64,000 nucleotides of DNA, taken from contig JAZQOK010000003.1 of assembly GCA_045627865.1 (NCBI GenBank), positions 4,316-68,315 on the forward strand, in the 5' to 3' direction. Numbering within the stretch: position 1 is the stretch's first letter; every line of letters starts with the position of its first letter. Below the pieces are notes generated by a model. It was not told the DNA's origin, did not search any database, and worked only from the letters and a program-made list of their open reading frames with translations. This document shows positions 38,311-47,709 of the stretch, piece after piece. Made by a program: the position numbers and the translations under genes. Origin of the DNA: Bacteroidales bacterium. GTDB taxonomy: Bacteria; Bacteroidota; Bacteroidia; Bacteroidales; UBA3663.

Positions 38311-39975
38311 ATGAAGATTTTCAACTATTCTCTTTTTGTTTTGGTAACAGCCTCTTTTGCTGTTGCCTGTAGCGATGATGAAAAGCCATCGGTTGTAGAA
38401 TACAAATCTGACTCTTTTGTCAAAGAGGAGATTTATGCAGGTGGTGAGTTAGGCACAGTTTTTAATGCCTCTACTTATGCGTTCCAACAGCCAACGCCAG
38501 CGGCTGAACAAGGAGGATTCAGCCAATCTTTCAAACTGGGTGAATATCTGTTCGAGAAGGATTTTAACACCAATACCGAGGGTGCTTTTGCTGGTTTAGG
38601 TCCAGTTGCTGTGCGTCCAGGATGCCTCTATTGTCATCCGAATTATGGTCATGGAAAACGTCAGGAGGAGTATAACGCCACGAAGCAAGGCAATGGCTAT
38701 CTGTTGGTGATATACGACAAACAGACGGATAATTATATCTATTCTGTGGCTGGTATGCCACAAACATTGGCTTATGGCCCATTCAAGGCTCCTATTGACG
38801 AAAAGCAGATTACCATCGACTGGAAGAACTATACTGATGATTGGGGCAATAAGTTCCCCGATGGCGAAAGCTATAGTTTGATCTATCCAGAGGTCAATAT
38901 CCCTCGTGAAGCTTATTATGCTCCTATTATGGCCAACCGTGGGGGCAACTATGTCGAGATTGGAGTGGACGAGGTTGTTGTTGCTCTTGAGTCAACCATT
39001 GGTGTCTATGGTACTGGTTTGACCGATGCTATTCCAGACGAGGCCATTACTGCACAATGGGCACAGGAGGAGCAGGCTTATAAGAAAGGCTATCTGAAAC
39101 ATTGGAGAGATGCCTGGTTTGAGAATGGAGAGTGGAAAACCTATTATACCAGCACCTCCGTCAATTCCGACAAGAAACAGTATGTGCGTCGTTATACCTA
39201 CGCCATGAGTCGTGGTCCTATTCTGGATGCAGCAGGTTCAAATGCAATCTGGAACATAACCAATGTCACACGTTCTGATCGTCGTTCGCTATACTTGGAT
39301 TTGGCAGGTCAGTTCTATGCCCGTCAATCCATGAATGATCCCGATGTACAGGCAGGTTTCCCAAGTTGGATCTCCTCAATTGATCCTGACAAGAAACATC
39401 CCTCTTGGCACATTGCCCGTACTGATTCTGCCATTTGGAACTATTTGACAGCAAAGGATCATGACGCAGAGATGAGCGACAAGGACTATCGAGACTTTAT
39501 GGTATGGCATCGAGGATTAGCTGTTCCTGCAGCTCGAGATCTGGAGGATCCTGAGGTTCAATTGGGTCATGACAAGTTTCGCGAGATTGGATGTGCCAAC
39601 TGTCATCGTCCATCGTGGAAGACTGGAAATGATGATATTCATGATCCTTCTGGTTTCTTCACCAAGAATACCGACATGCCTCGCTATCCGAACCAAACCA
39701 TTTGGCCTTATACTGACTTCGTGCAGCACAAACTCTGTATGATCAACGATATCCGTACGGGATGGTGTCGAACTACTCCACTTTGGGGACGAGGATTGTG
39801 TAAACTGGTCGAAAATACCGAAGATCGTTTGCATGACTGTCGTGCACGTAACACATTGGAGGCTATCATGTGGCATGGTGCTAAGGAGTCGGATGCTCGT
39901 GCTTCGGTTGAGAATTTCCGCAATCTTACCAAGGAGGAACGTGATGCTGTTGTCAGGTTTGTGGATGCAATTTAA
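38311..39975 (+). CDS. Di-heme oxidoreductase (DHOR)-family lipoprotein
   Basis: Lipobox AVAC; two CXXCH motifs (CLYCH, CANCH); GLGP, RTTPLWG, LHDCRAR, EAIMWHG. Confidence 0.88.
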   Translation: MKIFNYSLFVLVTASFAVACSDDEKPSVVEYKSDSFVKEEIYAGGELGTVFNASTYAFQQPTPAAEQGGFSQSFKLGEYLFEKDFNTNTEGAFAGLGPVAVRPGCLYCHPNYGHGKRQEEYNATKQGNGYLLVIYDKQTDNYIYSVAGMPQTLAYGPFKAPIDEKQITIDWKNYTDDWGNKFPDGESYSLIYPEVNIPREAYYAPIMANRGGNYVEIGVDEVVVALESTIGVYGTGLTDAIPDEAITAQWAQEEQAYKKGYLKHWRDAWFENGEWKTYYTSTSVNSDKKQYVRRYTYAMSRGPILDAAGSNAIWNITNVTRSDRRSLYLDLAGQFYARQSMNDPDVQAGFPSWISSIDPDKKHPSWHIARTDSAIWNYLTAKDHDAEMSDKDYRDFMVWHRGLAVPAARDLEDPEVQLGHDKFREIGCANCHRPSWKTGNDDIHDPSGFFTKNTDMPRYPNQTIWPYTDFVQHKLCMINDIRTGWCRTTPLWGRGLCKLVENTEDRLHDCRARNTLEAIMWHGAKESDARASVENFRNLTKEERDAVVRFVDAI

Positions 39976-40008
39976 TCATATTTGGTTATAAAATAGTAAA
40001 ATTCAATA

Positions 40009-40048
40009 TGCAAAGATACAACATAACCATTTTTGTTGTATCTTTGCA
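40009..40048. promoter_or_regulatory. Perfect 15-bp inverted repeat with a -7 box in each arm
   Basis: tgcaaagatacaaca-N10-tgttgtatctttgca. Confidence 0.7.
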
Positions 40049-40080
40049 CTCAAGTTGATAAAAGGTGATTTTTCATTTTT

Positions 40081-40108
40081 CCTTTATCCTTTATCCTTTA
40101 TCCTTTAA
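40081..40108. repeat. Heptamer tandem repeat CCTTTAT
   Basis: cctttat x3 + cctttaa immediately before the regulator ATG. Confidence 0.8.
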
Positions 40109-40111
40109 ACT

Positions 40112-41080
40112 ATGGGTCATAAATATCGTAGTAACGACAGCTTGGCTGAATTGATATCGGAAGACTCTCGCCTCCTCCAGGTGATGAGCCGATTTGGTAT
40201 TGCTCTTGGTTTTGGTGATAAGACCGTCGAAGAGGTCTGTCATGAGAATCAGGTGGATACCGATACGTTTATTGCTGTTTGCAATTATATCTCTCAGGGT
40301 ATTCGTCCTTCGTTCGATGAATACTCTCTGCTGAAAGCAAGTTCATTGTTGGTTTATTTGCGCAATTCACATAGTTTCTTTCTCGATTTCAAATTGCCTA
40401 ACATCCGGCGTAAGTTCGTGAATGCGGTCGATTGCAGTACCAACAACGAGGTGGGATTCCTGATTCTGAAGTTCTTCGATGATTATGTGTCGGAGATCAA
40501 AACGCATCAGGAGTATGAAGCAGAGCATTTCTTCTCGTATGTTGAGGGATTGATTCAGGGCAAACGTAGTGCAGAGATGAGCCTTCAGCACTTCGAAGAG
40601 GATCAGTCGCACAAGGAGCATGATGAACTGATTGCCCAGCGTATGTCCGATCTGAAGAATATCATCATCCGTTACTCTCCATCGTCGCTCAACAAAGAGT
40701 TGCTGAACGATGCCTTGTTGCATCTGTTTGAGTTCGAAAAGGACTACGAGAGCCATACTTTGGTCGAAGATACATTGTTCTTCCCGGTGGTAAGTGTACT
40801 GGAAAGCATGGTGGATATTGACGAAGAGGAGGAACTGTCGGTGTCTGACAATCACGAAGTTTTGAGCCAGCGCGAGAAGGATATCATCTTGGGTGTTGTG
40901 CGTGGACAAACCAACAAGGAGATTGCCGACTCGCTGTTCATCTCGATTCACACGGTACTGACGCATCGTCGCAACATTGCCCGTAAGCTGGAGATCCATT
41001 CTCCAGCAGGTTTGGTTATCTACGCTTTGGTCAATGGAATAGTGACCATGGACGATATCAAGGAGATTCCTTATAGTTGA
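40112..41080 (+). CDS. LuxR-type regulator with ScdA/hemerythrin-like N-terminal domain
   Basis: RFGIALGFGDKTVEEVC, His/Glu motifs (SHSFFL, HQEYE, HTLVEDTLFFP), C-terminal LSQREKDII...NKEIADSLFISIHTVLTHRRNI. Confidence 0.85.
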   Translation: MGHKYRSNDSLAELISEDSRLLQVMSRFGIALGFGDKTVEEVCHENQVDTDTFIAVCNYISQGIRPSFDEYSLLKASSLLVYLRNSHSFFLDFKLPNIRRKFVNAVDCSTNNEVGFLILKFFDDYVSEIKTHQEYEAEHFFSYVEGLIQGKRSAEMSLQHFEEDQSHKEHDELIAQRMSDLKNIIIRYSPSSLNKELLNDALLHLFEFEKDYESHTLVEDTLFFPVVSVLESMVDIDEEEELSVSDNHEVLSQREKDIILGVVRGQTNKEIADSLFISIHTVLTHRRNIARKLEIHSPAGLVIYALVNGIVTMDDIKEIPYS

Positions 41081-41084
41081 TATT

Positions 41085-43142
41085 ATGAGGAATGTACTCA
41101 AGATAACAGCTTTTGCATTGTTGGCAATCATCATTTTGGTGATGGTGGTGGCTACTTTGGTCGAAAAGTCGGCAGGTAGCGCCATGTTCATCTATGGCTC
41201 TTGGTGGTTCGCCTCTTTGTGGGGCGTACTGGCCGTTGTCTCGTTGATGTATATTGGCTTCCAGAAGCTCCAGAAACGTCCGGTTGTTTTCATGCTACAC
41301 CTTTCGTTTGCCGTAATCCTGATGGGAGCACTCATCACTCATGTGTGGGGCAAACAGGGTATCCTTCATTTGCGATTGGACGAGGAAACACATATTTTCG
41401 CGCTCGAAAATGGCTATGGTTCGAAGTTCCCTTTTGAGGTATGCCTGAAGGAATTCTCGGTAGTCAATTATCCAGGTACAGAAACAGCTATGGATTATGT
41501 TTCGGTCGTCGAGGTCAAGGAAAAAGAGACACCCACGGCAGTACTGACTATTTCGATGAACAAGATAGGGCAGTATGGCGGTTACCGATTCTATCAATCC
41601 TCCTATGATTGGGATCTGCAAGGTTCGGTCTTTTCGGTTGCCTACGATCCGTGGGGAATCGGTGTGACTTATGTCGGTTACGCCCTGCTTTTCCTCTCAA
41701 TGGTGCTCTTGCTGGTTCTTCCGGATGAAGGCTTCCGTCGGGCATTGAAACGATTGTCGGTTGTAGCGTTGTTGGCTCTGATGGGCATGGATAGCTATGC
41801 TGCACCAGCTCAACCCAAGGTGTTGCCCGATAGTATTGCCCAGCAGTTCGGACATCTTTATGCCTACTACAATGGTCGTATTTGCCCGTTGCAGACAGTT
41901 GCTTACGATTATACTACCAAACTGTATGGCAAATCTTCGTATCAGGGATTTTCGGCCGAACAGGTCTTTACGGGTTGGCTCTTTTACCCCACCAGTTGGG
42001 TCGATCAGCCACGCAAGGCAACCAAAGGTCCTCGCTATCAGGAGGAGCAGGATGCCATTGTGCAGATGATGCTCTCGGGGCAGTTTATGCATATTTTCCC
42101 CTATCGGGATAGCCTTCAGAACATCACATGGTATTGTCAGGGTGACAATCTACCGATGACCATGGAAGAGAATACCTGGTTCTTTGTCAAGAAGTCGATG
42201 GATTATGTGGGCGAACTGGTCGTGATGCAACGATATGATTCGCTCGGATATACGTTGCAGAAGATTCGTAAGTTCCAGCAGGATCAGGCAGGCGAAGTTC
42301 TCCCTTCCGACCTGCATTTCAAGGCAGAGCAGACTTACAATTCCATGAACCTTGTGCGACCTTTGGCCATGTTCTTTGCAACATTGGGTATTCTGCTGTT
42401 TGTCTTCTATGTGCGTTTCTGGCTCAAGAACCGGAATAACCCTTTGTGGTTGACCATTCCTGTGAATGTGCTATTGGTACTAGTCATTGCCTATCAAACA
42501 GTTTTTCTGGCACTCCGGTGGTATGTATCAGGGCATTTGCCACTCTCCAATGGATACGAAACGATGCAGTTCCTAGCGTGGGTAGTCATGATCCTGACTT
42601 TGATCATACAACGCCGTTTTGTGCTGATGATTCCTTTTGGTTTCCTGCTGATCGGGTTGACTTTGCTCGTTTCGATGATGGGACAATCCAATCCGCAGAT
42701 TACTCCGCTCATGCCGGTTCTTTCATCTCCGTTGCTTTCCCTTCACGTATGCATCATTATGTTAGCTTATGCCTTGCTTTCCTTTATTTTCTTCAACGGA
42801 TTGACATCGTTGTTCCTGAAGGATGAAAGTAAGATTATAGCCTTGTACGATGTCTCGCGTGTCATGCTCTATCCAGCCTTGTTCTGTCTGACGGCAGGTA
42901 TCTTTATAGGTGCCATTTGGGCCAATGTCAGTTGGGGCAGATACTGGGGATGGGATCCCAAGGAGGTTTGGGCCTTGATCACGATGCTTGTCTATAGTTT
43001 TGCTTTCCATGCCCAAAGTTTGCCTCTCTTCCAGAAGCCGAAGTTCTTCCACCTCTACATGGTTCTTGCTTTCCTTTCGGTTCTCATGACCTATTTCGGT
43101 GTGAATTTTCTATTAGGAGGCATGCATAGCTATGCCTCCTAA
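41085..43142 (+). CDS. ccsA: Cytochrome c biogenesis system II fused CcsB/CcsA protein
   Basis: Multiple TM helices, ResB-like SMNK...YRFYQSSY, WAN.SWGRYWGWDPKE (WWD domain), GMHSY. Confidence 0.9.
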   Translation: MRNVLKITAFALLAIIILVMVVATLVEKSAGSAMFIYGSWWFASLWGVLAVVSLMYIGFQKLQKRPVVFMLHLSFAVILMGALITHVWGKQGILHLRLDEETHIFALENGYGSKFPFEVCLKEFSVVNYPGTETAMDYVSVVEVKEKETPTAVLTISMNKIGQYGGYRFYQSSYDWDLQGSVFSVAYDPWGIGVTYVGYALLFLSMVLLLVLPDEGFRRALKRLSVVALLALMGMDSYAAPAQPKVLPDSIAQQFGHLYAYYNGRICPLQTVAYDYTTKLYGKSSYQGFSAEQVFTGWLFYPTSWVDQPRKATKGPRYQEEQDAIVQMMLSGQFMHIFPYRDSLQNITWYCQGDNLPMTMEENTWFFVKKSMDYVGELVVMQRYDSLGYTLQKIRKFQQDQAGEVLPSDLHFKAEQTYNSMNLVRPLAMFFATLGILLFVFYVRFWLKNRNNPLWLTIPVNVLLVLVIAYQTVFLALRWYVSGHLPLSNGYETMQFLAWVVMILTLIIQRRFVLMIPFGFLLIGLTLLVSMMGQSNPQITPLMPVLSSPLLSLHVCIIMLAYALLSFIFFNGLTSLFLKDESKIIALYDVSRVMLYPALFCLTAGIFIGAIWANVSWGRYWGWDPKEVWALITMLVYSFAFHAQSLPLFQKPKFFHLYMVLAFLSVLMTYFGVNFLLGGMHSYAS

Positions 43143-43217
43143 TAAAAATATAGGATATATTTGGATAATTGATAAAAAATACCTATCTTTGCAGCCGCAA
43201 ACCGATAATTTGTACGT

Positions 43218-44366
43218 ATGAAGACTCAAAAATACATTTGGGAAGATTTGGGCACCACAATCGAGTTGTCACTTTTTGTTCCCGATACAACCAATCAAAC
43301 ACAGGAATCTGTCTGTGAGGAGTGCCATGCAATGCTTCACATTGAACCGCGAGGAGAACTCTTCGAGGGACAGTTGCGTCGTGCCTTGTTGGCTGAGCAG
43401 CGGATGTTAGAGGAACTGCACGGGTTCCAAACTGTCTTCAAACGCTATTTTTTGAGTGATGCGACCAATCAGGCCCCTTTGTTGCCTATTGACAATACTA
43501 TTTCGGCTATTCAGCAGCCTCCATTGGATGGCTCTAAACTGGCAGTTTGGTTCTATCTGCAGAAGGGATCCAAACTTCAGAATAAGGAGGGAATGACTGT
43601 CGTTGAACATAATGGATATCAGCATCTTTACAAGTGGGGACAGGTTGTTCCTGAGGGTGATAGCTATCAGCAGACCAAGACACTTCTGGAGCAATATGAA
43701 AGTAGTTTGAAATCTTTCGATGCAACTCTTGAAGCAAATTGTGTCCGAACCTGGTTCTTTGTCCGTGATGTCGATACGCAATATGCAGGAATGGTTAAGG
43801 CACGTAAGGAGAATTTTGTTGAACAGGGTTTGACCGAAAAGACACATTACATTGCTTCGACCGGTATCGGAGGTTTACCTGCTGATACCAAGGCCATTGT
43901 TCAACTGGGTACCTATGCCTTAACAGGATTTCTGCCTATGCAGCTTCAATATCTGTATGCGAAGACACATTTGAATCCGACTTATGAATATGGTGTTACC
44001 TTCGAACGTGGTACTGCGGTACATTTCGGCGATCGTGACGAGATTTACATCTCTGGAACTGCCTCAATCAATAATCGTGGCGAGGTAATGTATGTTGGCG
44101 ATATCGTGAAACAGACGGAACGAATGTGGGAGAATGTTGATGCTTTGCTCGATGAGGGGAATGCGACCTTCGATGATGTGGCACAGTTGATTGTATATCT
44201 CCGTGATATGGGTGATTATCCGGTGGTTAAAAAGATGTTTGACGAGCGTTTCCCGAACGTGCCTCGTGTCTTTACATTGGCTCCTGTTTGCCGTCCAACT
44301 TGGTTGATTGAGATGGAATGCATCGCTATTCCTCACCGAAATAATGACAACTATCGACCATTATAG
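43218..44366 (+). CDS. Rid (YjgF/RidA-fold) multi-domain hydrolase
   Basis: NCVRTWFFVRDVD, YIASTGI, YGVTFERG, ISGTASI, VCRPTWLIEME; -7 box at 43184-43191. Confidence 0.78.
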   Translation: MKTQKYIWEDLGTTIELSLFVPDTTNQTQESVCEECHAMLHIEPRGELFEGQLRRALLAEQRMLEELHGFQTVFKRYFLSDATNQAPLLPIDNTISAIQQPPLDGSKLAVWFYLQKGSKLQNKEGMTVVEHNGYQHLYKWGQVVPEGDSYQQTKTLLEQYESSLKSFDATLEANCVRTWFFVRDVDTQYAGMVKARKENFVEQGLTEKTHYIASTGIGGLPADTKAIVQLGTYALTGFLPMQLQYLYAKTHLNPTYEYGVTFERGTAVHFGDRDEIYISGTASINNRGEVMYVGDIVKQTERMWENVDALLDEGNATFDDVAQLIVYLRDMGDYPVVKKMFDERFPNVPRVFTLAPVCRPTWLIEMECIAIPHRNNDNYRPL

Positions 44367-44432
44367 TTCTTTTTAGTAAGAATTTTCATTGAAAATTTGG
44401 TTGTTTGCACAAAATAAGTTAATTTTGTGCCC

Positions 44433-45488
44433 ATGAAAAGCATTTTTCCATTCTTGTGTGGCCTACTGACCTCAATCGTTTTATTCTCCTGCTCGGAGAC
44501 TAAGTTGCGCGTTGCTGAAGGTGCTCCATATACATTGACTGGCACGCTGTGGCAGGATTCTACAACTATCGATTCTTTGGTTACATTGATTATTGATCGT
44601 CATGAGTTTTCTTTCTCTGCTGAGGGTGACTCGATGCCGGTCTACGAGGAGTTGTCGCTACCTGTCGTTGAGGGACATTTTTCATACCAGGGCAAGGCTC
44701 CTCTCGATGTGGATGAACTTTACCTCTACGATCAGCATGGACATATGGCCCGCTTGTATGGCTCTTCGGGTGCTAATATACAGGTTCAGGTACTGAAAAA
44801 TGGAACGGTTCAGCAATCTGCTCCTGATTCTTCAGATCTGATGCGTACTTTGATACTTCGTGATTCTATTCCTTTGCTGAATGATTCTTTGAAAGTGCGT
44901 CGTATCCTGGGTGGTCTGCCAGAGTCAGCCAAACCAGAATGGCTGATGTCTTCGATCAACACGATGCTTGACCAGATGTCAAATAAAATGGATAAATCGA
45001 CACGTTTGCCACGTGTTGATCTGCAACTGACTGATACTATCTATTCGCTTCTGGCTAATCGCTCGGAATATCTGTTGCTCTATTTTTGGTCGGAGTCAGT
45101 TCCTTCGTCCGTAGATTCGCTTCGGTTATTTACCTCCATTGCTCAAGATTATGGACTTTATTCTTTTGCAGACTCGTTTGTGAGTAACAAATCAAAGTCT
45201 CGTCGAGAAAAAGCACGTCGTATAGAACTCATTTCTGTTTGTATGTATGCATCTGATAGTGCTTCGTGGAAGGCTACTATTAAAAACCTTCCGGGCAAAC
45301 ATACTATCTTGCAAGGAGCTTATGCGCATCCGCTGGCATCAGTTTGTAGAATCCATCAATTGCCGAGTTTGATATTGGTAGACCGTTTTGGAAACTATCA
45401 GTCACGTGATGTTTGGGGCACGGAACTCTATAAGTGGCTTGATCGGGCTCCATTCAATAGCGATATCAACAAAAAGCTAAGCAAATAA
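44433..45488 (+). CDS. Lipoprotein with DUF4369-like N-terminus and thioredoxin-like C-terminus lacking CXXC
   Basis: Lipobox LFSC; LLLYFWSESVPS at the usual FWAxWC site; LPSLILVDRFG. Confidence 0.55.
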   Translation: MKSIFPFLCGLLTSIVLFSCSETKLRVAEGAPYTLTGTLWQDSTTIDSLVTLIIDRHEFSFSAEGDSMPVYEELSLPVVEGHFSYQGKAPLDVDELYLYDQHGHMARLYGSSGANIQVQVLKNGTVQQSAPDSSDLMRTLILRDSIPLLNDSLKVRRILGGLPESAKPEWLMSSINTMLDQMSNKMDKSTRLPRVDLQLTDTIYSLLANRSEYLLLYFWSESVPSSVDSLRLFTSIAQDYGLYSFADSFVSNKSKSRREKARRIELISVCMYASDSASWKATIKNLPGKHTILQGAYAHPLASVCRIHQLPSLILVDRFGNYQSRDVWGTELYKWLDRAPFNSDINKKLSK

Positions 45489-45520
45489 CTCAACAACTAA
45501 TAACTATCAACTATTAACTT
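45486..45520. repeat. Heptamer tandem repeat (NNAACTA)
   Basis: taactca acaacta ataacta tcaacta ttaactt; same family as 16481-16508. Confidence 0.7.
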
Positions 45521-45532
45521 TCATTCAATACC

Positions 45533-47104
45533 ATGGTTGTTCGTACTATTTCTGCTGCTCTGCTGGGGATTGACGCTACACCGGTCTATTGTGAGACCGC
45601 TACGGCTCCTGGTTGCCGTATTCTCTTGATCGGATTGCCTGATGCGGCTGTCAAGGAGAGCCGTGACCGCATGGAGAGTGCTATGCGAGAATCTGGCCTT
45701 CGTCCGCCAAGAAAACAAGTTACCATCAATCTCGCTCCTGCTGATGTCCGCAAGGAGGGTGCTCTCTACGATGTCCCGATTGCAGTGGCTGTTTTGGCTG
45801 CTGGAGAACTTATTCCTGCCAACAAACTGGAGAAATATATGATTGTTGGAGAGCTGTCACTTGATGGTAAGATCAAGCCTGTAAGTGGTTGTCTTCCGTT
45901 TGCAATTCTTGCTCGGAAAATGCAGTTACAGGGCATTATCGTGCCTCGTGAAAATGCGCAAGAGGCTGCTGTAGTTAATAATTTGGATGTATTGGCTGCA
46001 GATACTTTGTCTGAAGTGGTTGATTTCCTTTGTGATCGTGGCGTGCTTGATCAGGTTTCGGTCAATACACGAGAAATGTTTGCCAAGGCAGAACGTATTT
46101 TCCCAGCTGACTTTGCCGATGTGAAAGGACAGACCCTCGTTAAACGAGCATTTGCTATTGCTGCAGCTGGTGGTCATAATCTGATTATGGTTGGCCCTCC
46201 TGGAGCGGGCAAAAGCATGATGGCTAAGTGTTTGCCAAGCATTCTTCCTCCACTTTCTCTTAGTGAGGCTTTGGAAACAACCAAGATTCATAGTGTGGCA
46301 GGCATACGAGCAGAATCGGGTTTGATAACACAACGTCCGTTTAGAGCTCCTCATCACACGATTTCGAGTGTCGCCTTGATTGGCGGCGGCTCGAACCCAA
46401 TGCCAGGTGAAATAAGCCTTGCGCACAACGGGGTTCTCTATCTCGATGAACTTTTGGAGTTCAATAGAGCAGTCCTTGAAGTGCTTCGCCAACCCTTGGA
46501 AGACCGTAAAATTACCATTGCACGAGCCAAGAATACAGTTACCTATCCATCGTCGATGATGCTGGTAGCCTCCATGAATCCCTGCCCATGTGGTTACTAT
46601 AATCATCCGACTCGAGAGTGCACCTGTACAGAAACTCAAGTTCGAAAGTACTTGGGTCGCATCAGTGGTCCTTTAATGGATCGTATCGACCTTCAGATCG
46701 AAATTCACCCTCTCTCTTTCGATGAACTCTCTCGTACTCATGTAGCTGAATCCTCTGCCTCTATCCGTGAGCGAGTACTCAAGGCTCGTCAGATACAAAC
46801 CAAGCGATTTGAGGCGTACAACAATAATCTCCCGCCCTATGAGGGAGGGATGGGGAGGGTCTCTTGTAACGCACAGATGACTCCTGCTTTGATGCGAGAG
46901 TTCTGTGCCCTTGATGATCGTTCTCTCAAGATGCTACAGAGTGCGATGTCAAAACTTGATCTCTCAGCCCGCGCTTATGATCGCATCCTCCGTGTTGCCC
47001 GCACTATCGCCGACTATGAAGGCTGTGAGAATATTATTTCTACCCATATCGCCGAAGCTATCTCGTATCGTAACCTCGACCGTAACAACTGGGGACAAGG
47101 ATAA
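45533..47104 (+). CDS. comM: YifB/ComM Mg-chelatase-like AAA+ ATPase
   Basis: GLPDAAVKES, NLAPADVRKEG, GPPGAGKS, PFRAPHH, GEISLAHNG, NPCPCG, DRID, RVARTIAD. Confidence 0.93.
   Translation: MVVRTISAALLGIDATPVYCETATAPGCRILLIGLPDAAVKESRDRMESAMRESGLRPPRKQVTINLAPADVRKEGALYDVPIAVAVLAAGELIPANKLEKYMIVGELSLDGKIKPVSGCLPFAILARKMQLQGIIVPRENAQEAAVVNNLDVLAADTLSEVVDFLCDRGVLDQVSVNTREMFAKAERIFPADFADVKGQTLVKRAFAIAAAGGHNLIMVGPPGAGKSMMAKCLPSILPPLSLSEALETTKIHSVAGIRAESGLITQRPFRAPHHTISSVALIGGGSNPMPGEISLAHNGVLYLDELLEFNRAVLEVLRQPLEDRKITIARAKNTVTYPSSMMLVASMNPCPCGYYNHPTRECTCTETQVRKYLGRISGPLMDRIDLQIEIHPLSFDELSRTHVAESSASIRERVLKARQIQTKRFEAYNNNLPPYEGGMGRVSCNAQMTPALMREFCALDDRSLKMLQSAMSKLDLSARAYDRILRVARTIADYEGCENIISTHIAEAISYRNLDRNNWGQG
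46829..46861. repeat. C/G palindromic element in frame within comM (LPPYEGGMGRV)
   Basis: cccgccct-atg-agggaggg-atggggagggtc; tail is nearly the reverse complement of mutS 1018-1030. Confidence 0.8.
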
Positions 47105-47127
47105 CCTTATTACAGCAATCAATTTAT

Positions 47128-47709
47128 ATGACTTCGCGAGAATTTTTGGAAATCCTGCATATTACAGAACGCCTCAAGGATACGCCGAGGCATTGTACAA
47201 CATCAAAGGGTAGAATTGAGAGCGTAGCTGAACATAGCTGGAGAATATCTTTGATGGCTTTTCTGCTGAAAGATGAATTTCCAGAGGCCGATATAAACAA
47301 GGTGGTTAGCATGTGCTTGATTCATGACTTAGGCGAATGCTTTACGGGTGACATCCCGGTGTTCAACAAAACAGATCAGGATCGTGAGCATGAGGAGCAG
47401 TTGCTTGATCAATGGGTAAAGACATTGCCGTCCAATGTATCTAAGACAATGTCAGATCTTTATGCGGAGATGAATGCTCAGCAGACGCTTGAGGCTAAGT
47501 TATACAAGGCATTGGACAAGCTTGAGGCTTTGATCCAGCACAATGAGTCCCCAATCAGTACATGGGCCGAAAATGAGTATCAGCTGCAGAAGACCTATGC
47601 TTGGGGTAATGTGGATTTTTCTTCGTGGCTGAAAGATTTGAGACAAGAGATTTTGAAAGATACGTTTCAAAAGATTGAAAATAAAGAAAAAATATGGCGG
47701 AACATTTAG
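47128..47709 (+). CDS. HD-domain phosphohydrolase (YfbR/HDDC2-like)
   Basis: ESVAEHSWR, IHDLGE, GDI, DKLE. Confidence 0.88.
   Translation: MTSREFLEILHITERLKDTPRHCTTSKGRIESVAEHSWRISLMAFLLKDEFPEADINKVVSMCLIHDLGECFTGDIPVFNKTDQDREHEEQLLDQWVKTLPSNVSKTMSDLYAEMNAQQTLEAKLYKALDKLEALIQHNESPISTWAENEYQLQKTYAWGNVDFSSWLKDLRQEILKDTFQKIENKEKIWRNI

Noticed and set aside
40009-40048. Invertible (phase-variable) promoter
   Set aside because: The spacer is only 10 bp, the promoter boxes lie in the arms rather than between them, and no recombinase is nearby.
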